Positions 38,624-51,497 of a DNA stretch of 64,000 bases are shown one piece after another. A program made the position numbers and the translations under genes. The stretch is taken from contig MCFH01000062.1 of the NCBI GenBank assembly GCA_002104945.1, forward strand, positions 245,321-309,320. Direction: 5' to 3'. The DNA is from Piromyces finnis finn. Taxonomy: Eukaryota > Fungi > Neocallimastigomycota. The number at the start of each line of letters is the position of its first letter. Within the stretch, counting starts at the first letter, position 1. A model generated the notes under the pieces. It was not told where the DNA came from, did not search any database, and saw only the letters and a program-made list of their open reading frames with translations.

Positions 38624-39913
38624 TATTATATTAAGATTTTAAAGCATTTAAAAATAAACAGATAAATAAAAAAAAAAAAAAATAAAAATTTTGATGTATA
38701 TTAAAATTGCTGTTTTCCTCCAGTAATTTTTCAGCTAATATAATAATTAAAATTTTATATTTGACCTGAAAATTAATTAATGGTAGTGGTGAAACATTAT
38801 GATAAAGATAAAAATAAATAAATATAAAATGTTGATATTAAAACTAAAACTAAAACTAAAACTAAATATACATAATATATATTTTCCTTTTAGATTTCAT
38901 TTTTTTTTAGAATCTTTATAGTTTATTATATTATAAAATAGTAATTAGAGTAATTAAAAAAAAAAAAAAAAAGGTGGTGTCAATGATTAATAAATTCAAC
39001 TGAAATATTATTTTAATTATTTGCTATTTTTTTTTTGAACTATTATGTTCTATCTTTTTAATATATTATTTTCTACTATTTCTACTATTTAAAAATTACT
39101 ATTTTTCTATTATAATAATACATGACTTTTTTTCTTATAAAATACATCATATTTATAGAAATGTTCTATGGATGAATCATTTTTCTATTTCTATTAAAGT
39201 GTTTCCTACATTTATAATACATTATATAAAAATTAATTACATTACGTATACATTGATTGATCCTATGATTAAATTAATTATATTATTATAATATTTTATT
39301 ACTTTAAATTTTCATATCATGTTTTATAAATATGAGTAACTTTTTAATTCTATACTAATTGTAACAAGCCAAAAAAAACAATCTTTATGTTTTATTTAGA
39401 TTTAACAATAAAACTAATAAAATTGTATTAATAAAAAATAAATTAAAGATATATATCTTATATACTGCATGACCATTTCTCAATTCTGATATTATTAAAT
39501 GATATAAAAAAAAAATTTGACTTTTTTTTTTATATATAATATAGCTTTTGAAGGTTTAATTCATACATTCCTATTTTATTTATAATTTATTTATTTATTA
39601 TTATATATTAGTTTATTTTTTTTCATTTTTTATCTATTATTTTATTTATCTTTTTGTTTAATCTATTTATTTATTAGATATTTATTATTATTTATATTTA
39701 TTATTTAATTGTATAATTTATTTAATAAAAAGAATAATTTCTTTTAAAAAAACTTCTATCTTTCTTTTTTTTTTTTTTTTTATAAAAAATAAAAATAAAA
39801 AAGAAGAAAAACTAATCTTTCTAATAATTTGTACATATATATATATATAAAGGAAAAACTTAATAGTTAATTTATAAAATAACTATTAAATTATATTGGA
39901 ATAAATATTTTTT

Positions 39914-42877
39914 CTATAATTCAATAATTTTTGGTTTTGACATTTGATATAATTCTGGTAATGAAGAAAATAATTTAAACATTAAAAATGTTTGATATGG
40001 CCTTTCATGACAATATTCTTCTAAATTATTATTCGTAACATCGTCAATTACATTCTTCATTATATCCTTAATTTCTTTGGCGTTATTTTTATATAATCCT
40101 GTAATATTTTCTGGTGTAATTATTTTAAAATCTTTTATTGATTTTAATTTATCTTCATTTTCATCAAAACATAATGAATAGAATAATGTTTTTATTAATT
40201 CTTTTTTAACAGAAAAGTTGTAAATATTTCTACCACGATTTATTTTTCGTAGATTCTTTATAGTAGATGAATTTTTATTTTGAATGCATGACTCATTACA
40301 AGAGTTTAGATATCGAATGGCGAAATCTGTACATTGAAAATAAACAAATCTTTTTTTATTATTAATTCGTTTAGAACGTTCATCACTGTAATGTTTTTGA
40401 ATAATCAAAGATATTTTATTTAATTCTGGATTTTTCAACAATGTCCATTTTTTAAATGATGCATCCGTGTGGTAAATGGTATTATTAAAATCATTAATAG
40501 ATTTATCTTTATTACTAAGCATAAGAAGAACTTTCTATAGTTGAAAAATAAGATATATAATATTTACCATCATAGCTTAACCAGTAAGGACTAAAAAAGC
40601 ATTTTATATTTTTTATGTTGTGTTTTAAACTGTATTTTAAAATTTCTAATACCTCTGTGTATGAATATTTAGATAGATATTCGAAAAATTCTTTATTTAA
40701 ATTATTTTCTAATAAATTTTCTAGTGTGTTTATTTTCTTTTCTATTTCGGATTCTTCTTCATCTAAATTATCTGTCTTCGTATTTTCTTTGTCATAGTTT
40801 GAAATTAACGATTTCGATGAAGCGATCATTTGATCAAGGATATTATTTGTTCCGTTTATTTTGGTGGGATCAATAGTATTTATATAAATCCGAGGGTTTA
40901 TAGTCATACTTAAATAAATGAAACCCGCTGAATAATCCAAGATTCTATTGTTTATTATAATGGTATTTGTTTTAATAGTGTTAATTATTTCTTTAATAAT
41001 TGAATTATTTATTATAGGTAGCTTATTTTTTAAATCATTAATATTTATAAAAGTACATGAATTATTGAATATTGTTTTCAGATAGTTACATATTAAAGAA
41101 AGAAATATTGGTATTTTTCTTTTCAAATAAAGGGAAGAATATTCAACAGAATTACTGGTATAGTTTATTGGTAATTTATTAAAAACTAAATTTTCCATTG
41201 AAGCATTTTTTAATGCTTTATAATAACTTAAAGATTGATTATATTTATCTTCACATTTTACATATTTATAATAATCAATACTGTAATTAATTGAATTAGA
41301 ACAAGGTATGGATGGATCATACGCCATATGTAGATAGACATTAACATTTCTGTGTTTTTGAGGCAAAGCACTATGAGAGTTCACTCTACGAATCCTACCA
41401 ACAATTTGATTTAATTTTTCATAGTTCCAATGAGGTGTTAATACATGTAATTGACGTACATTCATAATATCAACACATTCTGATAATACATCACTTCCAA
41501 TAAGTACTTTAATGGTTGAGCCATCTTTATTACTTTTATCATTAAACAGATTTAAACGCTCTATGACATTTGGACATAGTTTTTTATCACCAGTTATAAA
41601 TGTAAAATTCCATTTATTTTTATTTAAATTTCTTCTTATATTTGCTAATTCCGGATAAGCCATTTCTTTTTTCTGAGTCGTTTCTTTTTTAAATCTGGAT
41701 GCAGATGCCTTATCATAAACATAATTGCAACCCATAGCACAAAGTAAAGAAGCGAAATAATATATTCCAACGTCTTCTATAATATTACAATAGATAAAAA
41801 TAAGACCATTTGATAAATCAGAATTATTAATAGTATCTAAACAATGATATAATTTGCAACAATAATCTTTTAAATTAATTGATTGTTCTTTAATAATTTT
41901 TTGAATATTTGGATTTTTATGAATAATTTTGTCATCTTTAAGTATGTAATGATTATTATTTTTGATAGTAGAATTAGTGGACTCGTCTAAACTAAGAACA
42001 CCAAGAGTTGCTTTCATTAAATCCATTCCAATTTCAATGTTACACAATTTTTTTGAATCTTTTGTTAAACTTTGGTATCTTTGAAGCTGAACTCCATTCA
42101 TAGGAACTTTATATATATTATATTTATCAATACCTGGAATGAATGAACCAATAAAATTAACAATTGTATCTTGTGGATTTAACCCATAGTACGATACATG
42201 ACCCTTCATTATTTCTTCTACTTTTTCTGGAGTAAAATTAGTAGTATTATGTAGAGGGTTGGTTCTATTAATTTTATTAAACTTGAAATTTCATTATAGT
42301 TATCGAATATTGGAGTGGCAGACATAAATACTACTCTTGAACTATGAATACAATTTAGAAATTGATAAATTCTTTTGTAGATGAATTTTTCATCTTTAGT
42401 GTTTCGAAAATGATGTATTTCATCGATAATAAAAAGTCTATTTTCATATATCGAAACATCCTTTATATTTTCAACCGATTTACAAAATGAAAAAAAAAGT
42501 ATAAAACTTAATATATTTTTTTATAAATTGTTGATAATTTTTAACATCTGCTGGAGGTTTGTAAAAGTTAAATGTGTAGGAATACAATGATTCCACACGA
42601 CTTGTAAAATTTATTATTGATTATTTAGAATAATTGTTGGCTTTTTATAATAATTAATAAAATTTAATAGTATCCATAGTGCAGTAAATGACTTTCCTGA
42701 ACCTGGTGGATGATAAATTAAAAGTCTTTTAATATTTTCATTATCCGTTGACATATACCTTATTGGCAATATTTGATATCGTTTCATATGAAGCTTTTCT
42801 TCTAATAAATCTTCATTAGAATATATTTCCTTAAATTCACGATAAGTATGTAAACTATCAATATTTGGATATAACAT
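39914..42877 (-). pseudogene. D6/D11-like (VETF small subunit / NPH-I family) SF2 helicase of Nucleocytoviricota type, broken by frameshifts
   Basis: Motif I LLIYHPPGSGKS (ORF 42614-42877). Motif II DEIH at 42413-42424 and motif III MSATPIFDNYNEISSLIKL at about 42314-42325, both found by hand in an untracked frame. Motifs V-VI GSDVLSECVDIMNVRQLHVLTPHWN...QIVGRIRRVNSHSALP (ORF 40515-42209). ORF 39914-40522 is the likely C-terminal part. About 990 codons if joined. Confidence 0.85.
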
Positions 42878-43814
42878 AACCGAAATTTAAATAATTATTA
42901 TAATTTTTTTTATATATATATTTCAAAGGATTTAATTTTATATTATTTTATAAATAATTCATTTACTATTAGACCATTATATTTTTTATTAATAAATAAA
43001 AAAAAACTTTATAACTACAATAAATATTACATGAAATAAAAAACTCTGAAAAATTAAAATTATTATTTAATTTTCTTATTTTTTTTATCAAATACTAATT
43101 TCGTTTTTTATATAAAAAATCTTAAAAATTTTGAATAAATAACAAAAAGTTTGGGATTATAGAAATTTCTAAAAAAAATATAAAAAGGAGAATAATTTTA
43201 ATATTTTTATAATATATAAAAAAATAAAATAAAAAAAAAAAAAAGAATAATAAATAATAAATAATTAAACCTTACAATATTATTCCTTTTTTTATTATAA
43301 TTAAATTTTTAAAAAACTTAATTAATAATAGATTAAAAAAAAAAACATGGTAAATTTGGTCAAAAAAATTTTTTTTTATTATTAAAAATATATGAATAAT
43401 TATTATATATTATTATTATTTTAATGAAAAAATAATTATTATTATGAAAAGTGTTTTTATTTAATAGAATATTATATATATTGTATAAATATATATAATA
43501 TTATTTAGCACTGTTATATAAAAAAAAAAAAAAATTCAATAAATTAGAATATTCTTTTTTCATTAAAAAAGAGGAATAATACCAAATAATCTTTAAAAAT
43601 TTAATTTATTTTTAATTAAAAAAATTTTATTATTTTATTTAGAATATTCTAAGAATAAAATGAATCCTGTCAAAAAAAAGTGTTTTTTTTTTTTTTTTTT
43701 ATGTAGGGTATCTAAGAAAAAGTCATAATTATTATAATTAGAATAATCAATGAAACTATTAATCTACTACACCTTTTATTACTTTGTTATATAAGAGTAA
43801 TGTAGTTTTGTTAA

Positions 43815-44234
43815 ATATAAATTTAATATGTATATATTATATTTTCTCATTTTAATGTAGGAATTATTGTTTTAATTCTTGATTTTAAATATAATTTGAT
43901 TTCTTTTAATAATTAAAATAAAACGCGACTACCCATAATGACCTCTTTCAAGTTTTCTATTTTCAAAATATTAATTGGAATTGTTTGTAACTTATTATTT
44001 TGTAAATTCAACTTTTGCAATTCCAAAAAGCTAGATATAAATAAAGGGAATTCTGTTAATTGATTATCACTTACATCTATTTCTTTAGAACTCTTCCAAT
44101 TTATTATGTCATAAGATAATTCTGTTAATTAACTCTTTTTTTACTTAAATTTATTTTATTATAAAATTCAACAAGCATTAACAAATATTGAATTCATTAG
44201 CCATTTTGATTTTTTCTATCTATATTTAATATAA
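43815..44234. pseudogene. 5'-truncated LRR-family fragment with an inverted 5' part
   Basis: About 43815-44155 is the reverse complement of the equivalent of 46310-46630. About 44170-44234 (QALTNIEFISHFDFFYLYLI*) and the 3' flank are on the plus strand. Confidence 0.75.
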
Positions 44235-44249
44235 AATTCATTGTAATAA

Positions 44250-44955
44250 TTATAATAATAAATGTTATCACGTTTGTTAGTTTTAATTTTTACAATAATT
44301 GTTTTTATTTAAAATTAATTACTATCACTGTTTTTTTTTCAAATTCTTTATAATTAATTGTTATTAAATGTATTAAAAAAAGTATATAAAAAGAAAAAGT
44401 AAAATGTAATAGATGCATTAGTAATTAAAATATGCTTTACATGCTGTATGACTTTATACAAATAAAAACATAAAAATAAAAATAAAAAACAAAAGTTATT
44501 ATTTAAAAACTATATTTTAAAATAATAAATAGGTCTATTATTTGTAAAAATATAATTAAGAAATATAAAATAAAAACTTAGTATTTTTGTATTCTGTGTA
44601 GATTATGTATAGAATAAGACGCATAGAATAAAATCTAATTATTTTCAATTTTATATAATTTAAATATTTAAAATATATAATTTTAACAACACGAAAATGA
44701 AAATAAAAAGTGCATGATTAGTAAACATTTTTTAATTCCAAGAATATATAAGTAAAAACAAAAATAAAAACAAAAACAATATTGTTTTTAAATCTTTAAA
44801 CATCAACTTTTGTTTATTCTTTTATTTTATTTCTTTTTTCTTTTTATTAAATGGAAAAATTTGATTTATTTAAAAATATTTTATTTAAATAACTATTCAA
44901 TATCTCATTTTACAATAGTTCATTAAATAATATTACTTTTACATCTACTTGATAA
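44250..44955 (+). repeat. 3'-flank repeat of the LRR family, homologous to the reverse complement of about 20810-21700
   Basis: Collinear matches such as aaatgttatcacgtttgttagttttaatttttacaataat, agaataagacg, aaaaagtgcatgattagtaaac and ttaaatggaaaa. Confidence 0.8.
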
Positions 44956-45626
44956 ATGAAGTAATATTCAATTTTTATAGATATCTTTTAATATGCCTTT
45001 TTAATACTTTTTATTTAAGAATTAATAAATGAATAAATAAATAAATGAATGAATAAATGGATTGTTCAATAACTAATTATATATTAATATTGTTATAAGA
45101 TATTTATGTAATTAAAATCAATTAATATTAAATTCCACAAGAAGCATTACTTTTTAAAATTCTTTTTATCTTTTTATTTATTACCTAATCCTTGAAAATT
45201 AATTAAATTTACTTTTTTTTTAGTTGTCCAAAAATTTAATAATTTAAATTCTAGGTCAAACTTAAGCCAAAAGCAAAAATTTTTATGGGATTCAGTTGTT
45301 GTTTAAAATAAGAGAATTTTATTAATAAAGTTAATAAAAAATATATATAAATTTAGACATGTTTTTATTTTAAATAAAAAAAACATATAAATTTAGACTT
45401 AAATGTTTTTCTTTATTTTTTAAATAATAAAATTATAAATTTAGACATGCTTTTCTTTATTATTATAATAAAAAAATTGTATAAAAGAAAGGCTAAGGTA
45501 CAGGAAAAAATGATAAAATAAATAAAAAAGAAAAGGAATTGAAATTTAAAGAGTTATGAATGAACCAAATTTTATTATAAAAAGGAGAAAAAAAAAGATA
45601 GAAAAGGTAAAAAATTTAAAAACAAA

Positions 45627-46732
45627 ATGGAAAAAGTAAAGGAAAAAGAAAAAGAAGAAAAGACTTTATTAGATTATTTAAATATAAATTTTGATATTAA
45701 AAAGTTTGATTCGGAAATATTAAGGATTATCAAAGAAATTAGTGAAATTCCCCTAAATAATTATGCATTTAAAAATTTCAAAAATGTAATACCTAGAATT
45801 ATTAGATATTATGCTTTATTGAAAGAGAGTGAAAAGAGTTTTTTACGAACTGGATTAAAAACTTTTTATTGTTTATTTAAAAAAATGTAAATAATGAACA
45901 TTCTGATTTTTTAATAAATAGTTATCCATATATAAATGGAATTTTAAATGACATCGAAATATCATACAATTTAATAAATTTAAATATTGAATACTACTTT
46001 GTATTAGAGTTATCAGAAGAAATAGAAAATTTAAATAATTTGACAGATTTAAACCTTGAATAGAATTATATTTCAGAAATACCAAAAGAAATAAGAAATT
46101 TACATAATTTAATTACTTTAAATCTTGAACATAATTTAATTACTGAATTACCAAAAGAAATAGGAAATTTAACCAATTTAAATGCTTTGAAATTAAGTAG
46201 TAATCATATAAATGAATTACCAAAAGAAATAGGAAATTTAATAAATTTGATCCGTTTTTATGCTGATGAACATTTATCTATTAAAAATTATGAAAATCTT
46301 TATAGCAAAAATAGTATAAACTTGAGTAAAAAAGAATTGACAGAATTACCTTATGATATAATAAATTGGAAGAGTTCTAAAGAAATAGATGTAAGTGATA
46401 ATCAATTAACAGAATTCCCTTTATTTATATCTAGCTTTTTGGAATTGCAAAAATTGAATTTACAAAATAATAAGTTACAAACAATTCCAATTGATATTTT
46501 GAAAATAGAAAATTTGAAAGAGGTTATTATGGATAGTTGTGTTTTATCCTCATTATTAAAAGAAAATGAATTATATTTAAAATCAAGAATTAAAACAATA
46601 ATTCCTGCATCAAAATCAGAAAATATGATATATACTATTATACAACTTATTATACTAGGTAAAAGTCAACATGCATTAACAAATGATGAATTCATCAACT
46701 ATTTCGATTTTTGTCATCTTTATTTATTATAA
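45627..46732 (+). pseudogene. Intronless intracellular LRR gene with a 1-nt frameshift (A7 run, 45879-45885) and an in-frame TAG (46061-46063)
   Basis: ORF 45627-45890 joins the LRR frame if one A is added. About 4 PKEIGNL-type repeats; C-terminal domain homologous to that of 56614-58782. Confidence 0.85.
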
Positions 46733-47075
46733 AATCCATTGTAATAATTGTAATAATAAATGTTATCACGTTTGTTAGTTTTAATTTTTACAATAATCGT
46801 TTTATTAAAAAATGTGTTGAAATATATTTTATATTTTTATTCATTATATTAAAATTTTAATACTACTACTATAATAATTAAATAAAGCTGAATGATGAAT
46901 AAAGAATATTTAATTTTTATATCACTTGAAATTGCATTATATAATACGTACGAAGAAACGAAGAAATAAATATATTATGTATTAATATTAAGACAGCTAT
47001 TTATAATACAATTTAAACAAATTGTATAATATTTTAACTGTTTTTTTGTATAAAAGTTTTCAATATTTTAAAACA

Positions 47076-47576
47076 ATGCGAATGCAGAAGTAAATAGTGA
47101 AACCTTTATTAAAAAATTTTTTCTATTTAGTAAAGTTATAGCGTAGGAAGAATGTAATAATTGTTTATTAATTCTTATAAGACTTATAAAGAAAAAGAAT
47201 CATTTTTAAATAAATAAAAGATGTAATAAAAAAGTTATTAATTATGATAGATTTTTAAAAGTAATTATTAATAAAATTATTTAATCATTTATATTTGTTA
47301 TTATTATTATTATTATTATTATATATAATACTTATTTTATAATTTTTTTTAAAGATAATTATAATATTAATTATGGAATAAACAGAAAAAATATAATAAT
47401 TAATTAATAAATTACATGCTTATTCAACAATGCATGTTAATTATTAAATAAATATAGTCTTTTCTTCTTTTCTTAATTTTTCAATAAATATTTAAAAAAT
47501 AAGAATTTATTATGAAAATTTGATTATATATACACAATAAAATTGTTTACTTAAATTGTAAATAAATAAATTACCG
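47076..47576 (+). repeat. About 500-bp direct repeat R, copy 2
   Basis: Near-identical to 37422-37917. Confidence 0.93.
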
Positions 47577-49174
47577 TCCGGTTTTAAAAATAATTAAATT
47601 CTCATTAACTAGGTCTAGTAAAATTATATTCATTTTAATATGCTTTATAATCAATAATTTTAGACTGGCAAATAATTATTAAACTTAATTATATTTTTCA
47701 ATATATTAAATAAAAAAATTAAAATTAATATTAAAATAAAAGAGCAAAATTACTACATTATAAGAAATAATTATATTTATATTAAAAGTATTTCTTGTAC
47801 TATGATATTCAACTAGACCATATACATAATTATTCAATTAAAAATCTATTCTTAATAATAACATTAATTTCTTGTAAGAGAGTTTTTTTTGTTTTTAAAA
47901 ATATTCTTAATATAATCAAACTTTTTTAAAATTTTGAATTATTAATAGTTTATGAAAGCTGGAATATTAGTAAGTAGAAATAAGAATTATTAATTAATAA
48001 ACTTAATTATATATAATAAGTAATATAGATGTTATTTAAAACTTTTCATTTTGGTAGTATAACGTACTGAAATATTATATCCAGGATTTTGAAAATATTT
48101 AAATTATTATTCTTTTCAGTTTAAATTTCTTAAAATAAATAAAATAATATTAGATATTATAATATAAATTTTCTTAAATTTGTAAAATTACAAAAATAAT
48201 TATATTTTTCAATATTTAATAAAAATAATTGTTAATTGCTAATGATTATAATATTAAAAATCAAGAATTTATTATTATATTTTATATTATTTATAATATA
48301 TATTATATTTTATTAAATACTAATGAATAAAATTACATTTTACTTTTATTTTATCTTAAACAATAAATCAATTTTGATATTTACTTATTGTCAAAAACTG
48401 AATAATACATTTGAATTTTTTAACACTTTATAATAACAATCTAAATATTTATTACAGTAAGATGAGAAAAAATTTTTTTAATAATTAAATTAAAAGAATT
48501 CCACTTTTTTTTTTATAAAATATAAATACTATTATTATCTTAATTATTATAATTATATTTATGAATATTATTATTTATAATATGTTAGCATATTTTTGAA
48601 AAACGTACTATAATATGCTTTATATATATATTTTTCAAAATATTTCAATATATTATAATTTTATGATTTAAATTTGATTAAAATTTTTATTTTTAAATTA
48701 CATTTCATAAATCAATTTAAAAATTTTTTTTTTTTTTAAACTTTTTGTGCTTCTATAAATTATAAGCAAAGTTCTAAATCATTATTATTATTTTAATCTA
48801 AATTTTTTTATTATTTTAAAAGAAATTAATAGAACAGGAATTTTTTTAAAATTTTCTTAATATTATAAAATATTTTTTTTACTCATTAATTTGTTGTAAT
48901 ATTATGAATATTGTGATATGGTTTAATTAATGAAAAGTATTATTTATTAATTTGAAGTTATTTTTTATATTAAATTAATTTCATTTATTGTGTAAAAATG
49001 TATTATTGTATTTGGTTAGAAAAATATATTGATAAAATTTTTGTTTGATTATTATTTCTTTTCTTTGTATTTTTATTTAATTTATTACCTAAATTATTTT
49101 ATATTTTAAATCGTGGAATATCTAAAAAATTTATTTAATATTTTTGTTAAAAAATATATTATTATAACAAAATA

Positions 49175-49205
<31 letters not shown>

Positions 49206-49569
49206 AAAAAGTAAAAATAAAGCATTATTATTATAATTATATATTTTATTAATTTTTTTTTAGGTTGATGAAATATTTAAAAAGTTTACTAATGATTTTT
49301 ATGCATTAATATAACATATATATAAAATATTAAAAATGTATCTATTTAATAGAAATGCTTAAACTTAAAGGAATATTTTTTTCATTCAGAATTATCAAAA
49401 ATTAATACAAATTATAGATATTTTGATTCACATTTATTTAAAATTGATATAGAAAAAAAGATATCCTAAAAAAAATATTAAATATAAAATTGGAATTAGT
49501 TGAATGAAAACATTAATAATTCTAATTTTAAGGTAATAATTACTTTAACCCGTTTCATTTAAAATTTTT

Positions 49570-50655
49570 ATAAAAAAAGAAGAAAAGTTTTTTAAATTTT
49601 TTTGAAATTTTTCTTTCTTTTATATTAAAATATTTTTAATGTGGTTCATTAAACTATTGACCAATAATATTCATTCATTTTAAATTATTTTTAAAAATTA
49701 GAAATTTTTTTAAAAATTTATTCCATTTTTTAATTAAAATTGATCTTAAATTCTTCAATTTAATTTCCAATATTTTATTATGTTATGACATATATTATAA
49801 ATGAATTACATATATTATAATAAACATTATTATATATACGCCATTGATTATTTTAAATTAAAATTAAAAATAAATAAATAAAAAAGAATTTCTCTTTTTT
49901 TTATTTTTTTTTTTTTTAATTTTTTTTAAATATTAAAAAGAAAAGGCTAGTTGTCAGCTTGATAGTCATAAAGGTAAGTATTCTATTATTATTTAATTTT
50001 TTAAAAAAAGAGGAAGGAATATAAAAAAAAGATGATAAAAAAGAAAGTTTTCAGAGTATAAAACCTATTTAATTATGAAATGGATTATAATCTTTGTTAC
50101 TGCTTTTTATTATTTATTATAAACATAGAGGGAAATGAGGGTTTATCATAAACCTTGCTAGGAATATTTAAATAATTATTGCTTAATTGAAATAAAAAAA
50201 CCTATTATTATATAATTTTAAAAAGATGTTGCATTTATACTTTGAAAAGAAAGATTTATAACCAATTGTGAAATTAAAAGAACCAACCACAAAGATGGTT
50301 CAATTAAGTTTCTAATAATAGTTTTTTTTTTTTTTTATTTTTTATAAAAATTGATATCTATATGATAATAATTAAAAGGAATTAAAATAAATAGTGGAAT
50401 ATGAAACTTTTATTTTACTATATTTAAGTAAAAGATAATAAAGTCAGTGTATAATATGAATGATATAAAAAATCAACAAAGTAAAAGTTATTTTATTACA
50501 TATTAAAAAAAGAGTGAATATAAAAAAAAATATTAGTAATAAAAGTAAATAAAAAAGAATTTAGTTTAAAAATATTATAGAAATATCAGTAGAATAGAAA
50601 AAATAAACTAAAATAAAAAGATAATAATAATTATAAAAATATAAATATATATTAA
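49570..50655 (+). repeat. Long inverted repeat arm A (about 1.1 kb)
   Basis: Reverse complement of about 61360-62511, e.g. aaggctagttgtcagcttgatagtc versus gactatcaagctgacaactagcctt. Confidence 0.92.
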
Positions 50656-50755
50656 TGTTAAATGAAATGTTAGCATAATTATATAGTTAACTATTTTTTA
50701 AATTTCATATACTAAGTTTTACCACTTCAAATTAAATAGTATATATATTATTTAA

Positions 50756-51497
50756 ATATAAATGAATTATTATTTTTCTTTCAAATTTTATTTATATTAT
50801 TATTCATATTGTTATATGTTATATTATTGTATAGTTTTATTTCAAATAGAATAATGAATAATCGATATAAAATTTAGTTATATTTAAAAAGTTATACTTT
50901 TTCTCTATTTGCTAAATCCAAAACATATTTCAGTACAAACTTCAAAAATTAAAATAATACAATGATGCATTAAAAAAAATATTAAAAATTATATTGTAGT
51001 AGTTTTTTGGTTTAATAAAACTCTTATAATTTCAATTCATTTTAATAAATATTTAATGCCTGATTATTATTATTATTATTATATCTATCATTATTAGATC
51101 GTATTAACTTGAATATTTATATATTTATACGGTTAAATAAAATGTTATTAATCATTAATCAAGAAATAATAACTATTTTTTAAAATAAAATTTTTGCACT
51201 TTAACAATTAAATATGATAATATGTAATATACCAAATGATTATTTTCAATATAGGATTATTATTTAATATTTATAATTTATCATTTATTTTTTTTATATT
51301 ATTGTAATCAATAGATTTTCTCTTTTTTTATTTTATTATTTTTATTATATATATTTATTATATATATTTACTATATATATTTATAGTATACCTTTTTACG
51401 CTTTTATTAATATAGTTTACTATCCTTATTATATTTACAATATGAACCTATTAAAATTGTATATTCCAAATTTTATTATAGATTCATTTATTAAATT
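50756..51497 (+). repeat. Long inverted repeat arm B (about 740 bp)
   Basis: Near-perfect reverse complement of 54778-55524. Confidence 0.93.

Noticed and set aside
39110-39235. Short minus-strand open stretch (IINVGNTLIEIENDSSIEHFYKYDVFYKKK) between UDG and helicase
   Set aside because: Might be a third viral remnant, but it is too short, has no start codon and no motif.
39914-42877. Origin of the helicase from a yeast-type cytoplasmic linear plasmid
   Set aside because: Such plasmids also encode a D6/D11-like helicase, but as I recall it is much shorter and they lack UDG. Less likely, but not excluded without a phylogeny.
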